Source: Candidatus Helarchaeota archaeon (GTDB taxonomy: Archaea > Asgardarchaeota > Lokiarchaeia > Helarchaeales > RDOG01). Taken from it: 24,969 bases of DNA. Under the pieces are notes generated by a model. The model saw only the letters and a list, made by a program, of their open reading frames with translations, made no database searches and had not been told where the DNA came from. Positions 10,333 to 18,446 of the stretch are shown piece by piece. Position numbers and translations under genes: made by a program. Location of the stretch: the NCBI GenBank assembly GCA_029838215.1, contig JALGVI010000055.1:1-24969 (forward strand), in the 5' to 3' direction. The first letter of the stretch is position 1. Each line of letters opens with the position of its first letter.

Positions 10333-12271
10333 AGAAAATGTTCGCATCGGAATTTTTCTATGTCAGTGAGGCAAGAACATCGCAGAAGTTTTAGAAATGA
10401 AAGAACTGGTCAACTTTGCAAAGCAATTTCCAGATGTTGTCGTCGTGGAAGAATCAGTATCATTATGTACTGAATCAGGAGCGGCACAAATTGCAGAAAA
10501 TATTAAAAAGCACGACTTGAATCGAATCATCGTTGCCGCCTGCACGCCAATAACTCACCGAAAAGTCTTTGAGACCATCGTAAAGGAGCACGGCCTAAAT
10601 CCCGGGTATCTCGATTTTATCAATCTCAGAGAACAAGATACTTACGTCCATCGTGATGATCGAGTAAATGCACTCCAACAGGCCAAAGATCTTCTTCGAG
10701 CAAATATTGCACGTTCAAGATTACTTGAAGAAATACCTGTCCGACTTGTCAGGCTTACACCAGAAGCCCTGGTTGTTGGCGGTGGTGTTGCGGGAATTCG
10801 GACGGCTTTAGACCTCGGTTATCATGGATTCAGCACGTATATCGTGGAAAAGTTTCCGTCTATTGGAGGCAATTCCGCAAAATTGGATCGAATATTTCCC
10901 ACGGACGATTGTTGTATCTGAATATTAGGCCCACTCATGCTAAAAGTGGAACGAAACCCTCACATATCTCTGGTGTACGGGGAAATTGAAGACATCGATG
11001 GATATATCGGAAACTTCAAGGTAAAAGTCAAGAAAAAACCGCGGTACATTCGATCTGAACGCTGTAATGCCTGTGGTTCTTGTGCAGAAGTCTGTCCTGT
11101 CATGGTTCCAAATGAATTTAATTGTGGTTTGGATGCACGGAAAGCAATTTACATCCCATTCACGCAAGCAGTTCCTGCTACCTACACGATTGATAAAGAC
11201 CATTGCATAGAATGCCAATTGTGCGTAAAAGCCTGTGACCAAGATGCCATTGACCTCACGCAACAACCGGAAAATCTCGATCTAACCGTTGGGATCATTG
11301 TCGTGGCTACGGGCTTTGAACCATTCAACCCAATCGGGGTATATGGCTATGGACGATACGAGAATGTCATCACGCAACTTGAATTGGAACGAATACTTGC
11401 TCCCAACGGACCCACCGAAGGCAAGCTTAGGAGAATCACGGGTGACAAGGTTCCAAAACGCATTCTAATGATTCAATGCGTTGGTTCAAGGTCTCCAAAA
11501 ACACACGACTATTGTAGTTCTGGAATTTGTTGCATGGTTGCAATAAAAAACGCGCGTCTACTGAAACAACACGATCCTGAAGCGGAAATTACAATTGCTT
11601 ACATCGACATTCGGGCATCTGGAAAACGATATGAAGAATACTATAAAGAAGCACGAGAAATGGGCATCAAGTTCCTGCGCGGGAACGTATCTAAAGTAAA
11701 GGAAGACCCAAAAACAAAGAACATAACTGCACGAATTGAAGACACGCTCAACAATTCCGTGAGAAATCACGAATTTGATCTGGTGGTACTCTCCGTGGGG
11801 ATGGAACCCGCGAAAGAAACAAGTCGAATGGCACGGATGCTGGGAATTGACACGAGCACGGACGGATACTTCAAAGAACTCCATCCTCGCTTGTATCCAA
11901 TCACGACAAAAGTCCCTGGTGTATTTCTGGCGGGTGCTTGTCAAGGTCCACGATCTGTCGATCAAACCGTTGCAACGGGGAAAGGAGCTGCATCTGCTTC
12001 CGCAATCCTAATGTCACACGGTGTCTACGAAATGGAACTGATAAAGGCAGAAATTGATCTCGCAAAGTGCAGCAGGTGTGGACTATGCGTGGAAGTCTGT
12101 CCGTACCACGCGATCTCAATCAAGCACGGTCGAACAATCGTGAATGAAATTACCTGTCGAGGTTGTGGGGCATGTGAAACCGTGTGCAAGAACGATGCCA
12201 TCGAACTTCGCTACTATAGGAACAGGCAGCTGGTGACTTATATCGAAAATTTGGTTCAAAAAGCACGATAA
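10325..12271 (+). CDS. hdrA: Heterodisulfide reductase subunit A, selenoprotein with two in-frame UGA (Sec15, Sec199), 648 aa
   Basis: ATG 10325 follows GGAGGTGGTGAG. The sequence reads MTEENVRIGIFLCQ-UGA(10367-10369)-GKNI (canonical C-x-C-G-x-N-I) and FPTDDCCI-UGA(10919-10921)-ILGP (canonical D-C-x-x-C-I-L-x-P). The pieces at 10397-10921 and 10937-12271 are in this same frame and end at TAA. The length matches a standard HdrA, and a SECIS-like hairpin follows the stop. Confidence 0.93.
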
Positions 12272-12292
12272 CTTGCCTGCATTGAAAATTTA

Positions 12293-12365
12293 ATGTTAAG
12301 ACGAATGATCTTTTTAGGTAAAGGCTCACTAAAAAGGGACAACTCCACGCCAGGAGTCTTGACAT
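12293..12365 (+). promoter_or_regulatory. Eukaryote-type SECIS-like element in the hdrA 3' UTR
   Basis: AUGA (12305-12308), then a 9-bp stem UCUUUUUAG/CUAAAAAGG (12309-12317/12329-12337) with an 11-nt loop GUAAAGGCUCA containing AAA, then GA (12338-12339). Lower helix AUGUUAAG(AC)/(GU)CUUGACAU at 12293-12302/12356-12365. Confidence 0.85.
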
Positions 12366-12452
12366 GCTTTAAAATATCCTGACCTCATCAAGTCGACAAT
12401 TATTTCTTGAGAATTGGGTTTTTGGTTAAAAATATTATTTCAAATGTCATTT

Positions 12453-12785
12453 CTAATGAAACTTAATTCCGGTTCGAATGGCTTCGCGGATGATACTTAT
12501 TTCGTTCCTTCTTCGTTGAAATTCAGTATTAGTCAAACAAATCGGTTCAAGAGAGATTCTATCTTCTGTCCAGTATTGAATGATATTAATGATCCTATCT
12601 CGAAATGATAATTGGTCGAACTTGTCTGATACTACGAGTAAATCCACATCGCTTGACCTAAGATGAGTTTTAGTTGCTCTCGAACCAAATAAATATATTT
12701 GAACTTTGCTATCGAAGCACGTTTTCAATTTTTGACAGAATTTTTTTATGGTCTTATTTACTTCTCGATCATCGATGTGACCCAT
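12453..12785 (-). CDS. Minimal nucleotidyltransferase (MNT) domain protein, antitoxin-type
   Basis: IYLFGSRA...SDVDLLVVSD is the Pol-beta GS/DxD motif. 110 aa, overlapping the HEPN gene by 28 bp. Confidence 0.9.
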   Translation of the reverse strand: MGHIDDREVNKTIKKFCQKLKTCFDSKVQIYLFGSRATKTHLRSSDVDLLVVSDKFDQLSFRDRIINIIQYWTEDRISLEPICLTNTEFQRRRNEISIIREAIRTGIKFH

Positions 12786-13141
12786 TTTATTATTCTTTCT
12801 CCTTTATTCAAAATACGAACGGCAATCTCTTCATCATATAATTCGGCAGGTATCCCATTTGCGGCATCGGGATATCTTGTTGTCATGTAATCGGGAGTTA
12901 ATTCTCTCAGAAAAGAGTAAAAATCTTCAGGTAATTCAATTTCCCTCCCTAATTCCAAAAGGTTGTGAGTTTTTAATGGTAAATCATTTTTACTATGAAT
13001 AAACAGGGCTTTTAGAGATTTTTCAACTGCTTGATGGAGAAAATATACGCTCGCGTAATAATTCTCCAACCCTATGTTATCTCTTGCTGTCTTGAGATCT
13101 GCTTTTGCCTGGTACCACCATCTCCGTGTTTCTTCCCGCAT
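12758..13141 (-). CDS. HEPN domain protein (HEPN-MNT toxin-antitoxin-type pair)
   Basis: W..QAKADLKTA...F.LHQAVEKSLKA...KTHNL..L...Y..TRYPD is typical of archaeal HEPN proteins paired with MNT. Confidence 0.9.
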   Translation of the reverse strand: MREETRRWWYQAKADLKTARDNIGLENYYASVYFLHQAVEKSLKALFIHSKNDLPLKTHNLLELGREIELPEDFYSFLRELTPDYMTTRYPDAANGIPAELYDEEIAVRILNKGERIIKWVTSMIEK

Positions 13142-13181
13142 TAATGCTCACGAATTATCTAGTTTCATCATTCATTAAAAT

Positions 13182-13190
13182 TTTATATAA
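13182..13190 (-). promoter_or_regulatory. TATA box candidate for the HEPN-MNT operon
   Basis: TTATATAAA on the minus strand ~40 nt upstream of the HEPN ATG. Confidence 0.5.
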
Positions 13191-13220
13191 CATCCTAAAT
13201 AAATCCATCCTAAATAAATC
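13191..13220. repeat. Perfect 15-bp tandem duplication CATCCTAAATAAATC x2
   Basis: Read directly; it abuts the HEPN TATA candidate. Confidence 0.95.
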
Positions 13221-13508
13221 CCGTATTTTAAATTTTCTATTTGTTTTTCCAGAAAGACCGCTTGAACTGACGTGAGATTCCTTTGATGAGATTTATTTCT
13301 CGAGTTAGATGATGTTGTTCAGAATATTTTCTAACAAATCGGTTATAAAAAGATTCACGATGATGAGAGATTTTTTAAATCATGTATGAAGAGAATTCGT
13401 TATTCGTTAATATTTACTTTAAGAATTTTAAAGAAATCAACATATTTATCTTCAATTTTCACGGATTTTTAAAGATGTTCAATTCATGTTATCAATGGAG
13501 GATTAAAA

Positions 13509-14675
13509 ATGGTCGAATTTATTCAAGTCAAAGGCAATCATCGTGAAATGGGTGTTCAGCAAGCCGAAAATTTCAAGATCAAAGAAATAATCGCAGAAGT
13601 GATGAAATCAGACATAATGCAGGATGTTAAACCGAAGTTTGTCCCGATATTCCTCGTCAAGTTTGCGTTAGGGTTGATGGGACGCATGAACATTAAAAAA
13701 GCCGTTCAGAAATACGTTCCAAATCAACACGAAAAATTGATAGGAATTGCAGAGGGTGCAGGAATCAGCAAGAATCTCACGTACGGACTCCATTATATCG
13801 AGGTCTATACAGGTGATCCCAAAACAACGGCTTACATATCGCCCGGATGCACGCAATTATTTGCGTTACCTCCTGCTACTGCAGACGGTTCACTTCTCTT
13901 TGGTCGAAACTATGATTTTCCCAAAGCATTACAACCATATCAAATGGTAAGGCTCGATGAACCGGATGATAAATTGAAATGCCTGACCATCTCACAATAT
14001 CCACTTGCAGGAGCGCACATGGGAATTAATGAGAAAGGACTAGCCATTGGCATTAATTATGCTCGAACGTGGGAGAAATATCCCGACGATTTTTCATTTA
14101 AAGGAGTCCCTCCCACGCTAATCGTTCAGGAAGTGCTTGAAAACTTCGAAACTACTGAAGAAGCAATTAAATACATAAGCAATTTTCCGGCGCGTTCGAA
14201 TGCCCAACATTATGGAATCATGGATGAATCTGGAGATGCTTGCGTCCTCGAAACGACTCACACGGATTTTGCCATTAGACGACCAAAGGATGGCATCATG
14301 GCACACAGCAACACGTTTCGCACGGAAAAATTCTTCGATCATAATTGCCCTGACGATCACCATTGGAAAATCAAGAAAATGAGACACATCTCCTACATCA
14401 AATCTCCAAAGATGCGATATGAGCGAGCTCATGAACTTCTGGTCAAGCACAAAGGAGACATCACGATGGAGACCTTTAAAGAAATTTTGGGCGACCATCA
14501 GTACCCGAGCTCTCATCCTGAAAAAAATAACGGAGAACCAGACGATTTTACGGTGTGCACTCATGGCGAAACGGGGATCACTCTGGCGTCCATAATCATC
14601 AGACCGAAAACACGTCAAATGTTCGTCACAGACAGGCAACCGTGCCACTCCATGTATGAAGAATTCAAATTCTAA
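13509..14675 (+). CDS. Ntn-hydrolase, peptidase C45 / acid-ceramidase-NAAA-like amidase
   Basis: RBS GGAGG. Autoproteolysis site G113-C114 (PG|CTQLFA), followed by LLFGRNYDF, GINEKGL and HSNTF. Confidence 0.85.
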   Translation: MVEFIQVKGNHREMGVQQAENFKIKEIIAEVMKSDIMQDVKPKFVPIFLVKFALGLMGRMNIKKAVQKYVPNQHEKLIGIAEGAGISKNLTYGLHYIEVYTGDPKTTAYISPGCTQLFALPPATADGSLLFGRNYDFPKALQPYQMVRLDEPDDKLKCLTISQYPLAGAHMGINEKGLAIGINYARTWEKYPDDFSFKGVPPTLIVQEVLENFETTEEAIKYISNFPARSNAQHYGIMDESGDACVLETTHTDFAIRRPKDGIMAHSNTFRTEKFFDHNCPDDHHWKIKKMRHISYIKSPKMRYERAHELLVKHKGDITMETFKEILGDHQYPSSHPEKNNGEPDDFTVCTHGETGITLASIIIRPKTRQMFVTDRQPCHSMYEEFKF

Positions 14676-14685
14676 CTGAATCAAA

Positions 14686-16020
14686 ATGACAAGACAGAAA
14701 GTCATTCTCCCGAAGAAAGGAAAGCCCGAAGAAGAATTGTTTGATGAGATGGAAAAAGCACGAAAAAACGATTTGAAGTGGAGAGAAGCGCGGAACTGGA
14801 GCTTGGTTTATACGGGTGGTCCCAAGCACGATGAGATCATCAAGAAAGCGTACACGATGTTCTTCTCGGAAAATGCATTGAGTGGAATGGCATTTCCAAG
14901 CCTGAAGAAATTTGAAATTGAAGTCGTTGCAATGACTGCCGACCTGCTGGGTGGCGATCGAAGGGTCGTAGGAACATTGACGTCCGGTGGAACTGAAAGC
15001 ATTCTCATGGCAATGAAAACCTATCGCGATTGGGCACGCGAAAAGCACCCCGAAATAAAAAAGCCCGAAATCATCTTGCCAATGACAATTCATCCTTCTT
15101 TCGGAAAAGGCGCGCATTACTTTGACATTAAACCCGTGTACACTCCCATTGATCCCGAAACACTCCAAGCGGACGTGAACGCAATTCTTGATGCTGTTAA
15201 CGAAAAAACCATCGCAATTGCAGGCTCTGCGGTCTGTTATCCATACGGAGTCGTGGATCCCATTCCTGAAATGGCTGCTATCGCCGAAGAACGCGGGATC
15301 GGATGTCACGTAGATGCTTGCCTGGGCGGGTTTTTCTTACCATTCATTCGCAAATTGGGATATCCCGTTCCCGAATTTGATTTCAAGATTCGAGGAGTCA
15401 CTTCAATTTCGGCTGACGTGCATAAATATGGTTATGGTGCAAAAGGTGCGAGTGTCATTCTTTATAGAAAAGAAAAGTGGCGCTTATACCAATATCACGC
15501 TTATTGCGATTGGGTTGGCGGACTTTATGCGTCTCCAGCAATGTTAGGCACGCGTCCGGGTGGTGCCGTGGCGGCTGCATGGGCTGCCATGATGTCCCTC
15601 GGAGAAGAAGGATACTTGGAACGAGCAAAAATCATAATGGAGACTGCTGAAAAAATAATCAACGGGATTAACTCCATTCCTGAATTAATCGTCAAGGGAA
15701 AGCCCACGATGGGCGTGCTTGCATTCGAATCCGAAAAAATTAACATTTACTCGGTCGGAGACGAAATGGAGAAGCTCGGATGGCACTTGGATTATCTTCA
15801 AAAACCGCCTTGCTTGCATCTGATAATAAATCCACATCATGTTCCTGTTGCAGACAAATTCATTGAAGACCTACAAAGAGCCGTGATGAGAGTTCGAGAA
15901 AAACCAACCGAAACAATTGAAGGAACGGGTGCCATGTACGGTATGATGGCAAAGATCCCCGATAGAGAATCCGTCCACGATTTCGTTGTCAAGTTTCTCA
16001 GCGATTTCTACAAATTATGA
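14686..16020 (+). CDS. PLP-dependent group II enzyme, sphingosine-1-phosphate lyase-like
   Basis: TSGGTESIL, HVDACLGG, SADVHKYGY (PLP Lys247), YASP..LGTRPG and an N-terminal W...R.W.LVY...N.L..FP. These resemble SPL more than MfnA/GAD. The gene starts 10 bp after the amidase. Confidence 0.8.
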   Translation: MTRQKVILPKKGKPEEELFDEMEKARKNDLKWREARNWSLVYTGGPKHDEIIKKAYTMFFSENALSGMAFPSLKKFEIEVVAMTADLLGGDRRVVGTLTSGGTESILMAMKTYRDWAREKHPEIKKPEIILPMTIHPSFGKGAHYFDIKPVYTPIDPETLQADVNAILDAVNEKTIAIAGSAVCYPYGVVDPIPEMAAIAEERGIGCHVDACLGGFFLPFIRKLGYPVPEFDFKIRGVTSISADVHKYGYGAKGASVILYRKEKWRLYQYHAYCDWVGGLYASPAMLGTRPGGAVAAAWAAMMSLGEEGYLERAKIIMETAEKIINGINSIPELIVKGKPTMGVLAFESEKINIYSVGDEMEKLGWHLDYLQKPPCLHLIINPHHVPVADKFIEDLQRAVMRVREKPTETIEGTGAMYGMMAKIPDRESVHDFVVKFLSDFYKL

Positions 16021-16055
16021 ATTTTCCAATTGGAGAAAAAGTAATGAAGAAGACT
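15994..16055 (+). repeat. Direct repeat copy 1 (3' end of SPL-like gene + 3' UTR)
   Basis: Matches 17008-17068 at 54 of 62 aligned columns by manual alignment. Confidence 0.9.
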
Positions 16056-16116
16056 TGATGTAGATTTTTACTTGTGAATTCGGAATTCCAAGCACTAAAA
16101 TTTAATTTTAATGCCG

Positions 16117-16139
16117 TTTAGAGAAATCTTTAGAGAATC
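16117..16139. repeat. Near-perfect tandem duplication TTTAGAGAAATC / TTTAGAGAATC
   Basis: Read directly in the intergenic region. Confidence 0.75.
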
Positions 16140-16159
16140 AATATTTTTTTTAAAAAGAA

Positions 16160-16885
16160 TTACTTCATGCAGATGATCTTTCTCCTTCCTAAAAGGTATA
16201 GATCAAAAATATCCAATACATTTCTTCCGATCATTCCTTGAAATGGAAGAATTTTTGAAATCGGTGTTGAAATACATCCTACTTGCAATACTTGCCCGAA
16301 GATTTCCAAATTGAGTTTAAAGACCGATTTTTTTTCAATTCCAGAAACCGTTTGAACTGTTTTCTCATCGATTTCTTCTAATTTAAATTCATCAAAAATA
16401 TCAGATCTAAGCAAACATACTGATGCAGCAGTATCGGGAATAACAGCAATGGTCTTTTTAATATCTTTTTTCACGAGTTTAACAGGAATAATGGGATACG
16501 TGTTGGCATCCACTCTGTGGTAATCCCAACAATTCAATTCAACCGAATTTGCTGAAAAAGCATATTCCAGTTTTGGTATCTTTTTATTTTTGCGTTTAAT
16601 TACTATTCCCTTAAAAGGAAATTTACCTATGAGATCTTCCATCAAAGATGACGGTGAATCTGCCACGCCTATTATTGCACCCTTAATCACTGCATAGTAT
16701 TTTCCATCAGGAACCCAGTCAGGAGCTTCTACTTCTTCAGCCTGACTTTTCAATTCTTCAATTTTTAATTTCTCACTTATCGCTTTTCTTACAAACTGAC
16801 TAATCGTATTGTATTCACGATCAGATAATATTTTTTTAATGCGCTCTTTTTCCTTCATTGGTATCTTTATGTTCAATAATGGCAT
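16160..16885 (-). CDS. Ribbon-helix-helix + DUF5678-like + retropepsin-like (clan AA) aspartyl protease fusion
   Basis: N-terminal LNIKIP...TISQFVRKAISEKL (RHH). Middle GKYYAVIKGAIIG.AD (DUF5678-like). C-terminal YPIIPV...PDTAASV...GMIGRNVL (retropepsin-like, DTAA instead of DTGA). Confidence 0.7.
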   Translation of the reverse strand: MPLLNIKIPMKEKERIKKILSDREYNTISQFVRKAISEKLKIEELKSQAEEVEAPDWVPDGKYYAVIKGAIIGVADSPSSLMEDLIGKFPFKGIVIKRKNKKIPKLEYAFSANSVELNCWDYHRVDANTYPIIPVKLVKKDIKKTIAVIPDTAASVCLLRSDIFDEFKLEEIDEKTVQTVSGIEKKSVFKLNLEIFGQVLQVGCISTPISKILPFQGMIGRNVLDIFDLYLLGRRKIICMK

Positions 16886-17007
16886 TTCACATCACGATCA
16901 GTGTAGATAAATTGTATATAAAAAACGTATTCTAGTGAGATATTTTTTCAAAAGTCTTAAAACCTTTATTTTTCTAGCTTGCTATTCATTTTCATCGAAT
17001 TATTGAA

Positions 17008-17068
17008 TTTCTCGGTGATTTCTACAAATCATGATTTTCCATTTGAAGAAAAAGTAGTGAAAAAGACT
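17008..17068 (+). repeat. Direct repeat copy 2 (degenerate duplicate of SPL-like 3' end)
   Basis: Translates as ...IIEFLGDFYKS*, compared with SPL ...VVKFLSDFYKL*. Confidence 0.9.
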
Positions 17069-17083
17069 CTGAAGTCTTCTTTT
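17063..17083. terminator. Small hairpin AAGACT-CTGA-AGTCTT followed by CTTTT, at the stop of 17082-18254
   Basis: Perfect 6-bp inverted repeat read directly; function is inferred. Confidence 0.35.
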
Positions 17084-18254
17084 AGTCGCGAAATACCGTA
17101 TTTTCGCCCATTCCTTGACTTATGATGCGTTTTGGTGAGATGTCGGCTTCTAATCCATCGTGGTGCGTGATGTCTAAAAGAATGCCATTTAATGCTTCAT
17201 CTACGGAATCGATCCCGAGATCTTCCAGCATGATCCGCGTGTGTTTCGGATATTTCCATTCCCATCGTTCGTCAAATTCCACGTTTTCAAAAAATTTCTT
17301 ATCTTTCGTGTTAGTGGTTTTGCATTCCATCGTGGCAGCAGGTAGCGGGATGCCCTTGGCAAACTGTTCGATATATCCTATTCTCCAGAGTTCGGGAAAG
17401 TCGTTCTTTAGCCATTCGCGAGCATTTTCGTGCAGCGTGGTAATGAACAATTGGAGATCGGAAAAAAGTCCTGCACCGCGCAAGCAATATTTTGGTCTGG
17501 GCATGCCAAACATGGTCCTTAAGAGCGGTGGCCAAGGCGTGAAGCCTGCCAAGAATTCCTTCAGACCATATTTCTCTTTTGCATTCACGGCATCCCAAAA
17601 CAACGCGTGATTTTCCCAACAAGACGTTTCGAACGTGATGTTCACGGCTGTAGTGATCCAAGATATGCTACCTAAATAAGGGGATGTTCCCCACTGAGGT
17701 GTTCTTTCATTCCTAACGTCCTCCAGAGCTTCGATCACGCGAATGCCCGCTTTCTTGAATGTTTTTTCCTTTTTGGGAATGTCCTTTATCTTCACGCCTG
17801 ATTTCATATGGCGCCGTTCCATGACATCGTCATTCTGTCCCACGATCCACCAATCAACGGGAATTCCATCTTCTAGATGGGCATTGAAAATGAACAGCAT
17901 TTCTTTTTTGAAATCGTCCACGAGTTGAAATGAGCAGTCTAAACTATCTCCATACAGGAGCTTCATGGTACCTTGCATCAGGTCCGTCCGTGTCGGGACA
18001 ATGGGCGGATGTAACATGAAACACATGGTTTTATCTGGTTGCGGCAACGCCCCATCGATGACTTTCTTGCTAACCAAGATGGCTTCGTCTAACCGAACTT
18101 TTAACAGGTCGTAAATTAGATCGGTAAGCGTCTTGACGGAGTGTTCGTAAAATTCCCATCCCAACTCTTTAAATACGGGCCAAATATGGTTATACAACGG
18201 CATTGCAAGTTTTGTTTCCACGTCATCGGGGAGTTCTGAAAAATTGTGCGGCAT
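17082..18254 (-). CDS. Hypothetical protein (390 aa, soluble, Trp/Pro-rich)
   Basis: Long ORF with natural composition; no family recognised. Confidence 0.8.
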   Translation of the reverse strand: MPHNFSELPDDVETKLAMPLYNHIWPVFKELGWEFYEHSVKTLTDLIYDLLKVRLDEAILVSKKVIDGALPQPDKTMCFMLHPPIVPTRTDLMQGTMKLLYGDSLDCSFQLVDDFKKEMLFIFNAHLEDGIPVDWWIVGQNDDVMERRHMKSGVKIKDIPKKEKTFKKAGIRVIEALEDVRNERTPQWGTSPYLGSISWITTAVNITFETSCWENHALFWDAVNAKEKYGLKEFLAGFTPWPPLLRTMFGMPRPKYCLRGAGLFSDLQLFITTLHENAREWLKNDFPELWRIGYIEQFAKGIPLPAATMECKTTNTKDKKFFENVEFDERWEWKYPKHTRIMLEDLGIDSVDEALNGILLDITHHDGLEADISPKRIISQGMGENTVFRD

Positions 18255-18409
18255 TTGGTCGTCCTCAATGATTCTCTTTCGATGAATTAATTTATTAAAA
18301 TTTTTTATACTTCTTGTTGAGAAGAATTAAAATCTTTATTACATTCGGTGTTTAGCAATTTTCGATCGATCGAGTTCTTATTAAATTTGTAATTTTATTA
18401 TTCTATTGA

Positions 18410-18425
18410 ATTAAAAGCTTTGAAA
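18410..18425 (+). repeat. 16-bp direct repeat copy 1, ATTAAAAGCTTTGAAA (near-palindromic)
   Basis: Identical to 19678-19693. Confidence 0.8.
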
Positions 18426-18446
18426 ATTCTATGTAAGGAGAAGGAC

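Noticed and set aside
10363-12271. Treating hdrA as a split gene or pseudogene (ORFs 10397-10921 and 10937-12271)
   Set aside because: Both interruptions are UGA at conserved Cys positions, in the same frame, with a downstream SECIS-like element.
12389-13305. Direct repeats flanking the HEPN-MNT pair (TTATTTCT(T/C)GAG)
   Set aside because: An 11/12 match in AT-rich sequence is within chance.
14118-15309. Long minus-strand ORFs 14118-14705 and 14665-15309 (likewise 9287-9874 and 17122-17610 opposite real genes)
   Set aside because: They lie antisense to well-supported genes and have no motifs or RBS.
14686-16020. Calling the PLP enzyme MfnA (tyrosine/aspartate decarboxylase)
   Set aside because: GGTESIL, HKYG and YASP..GTRPG fit SPL-like proteins better than MfnA (GGTEAN, DPHKMG); not fully excluded without a phylogeny.
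16017-16060. Second SECIS-like element (AUGA...GA) after the SPL-like gene
   Set aside because: No in-frame UGA in that gene, and the hairpin lacks the core/stem geometry seen at 12305-12339.
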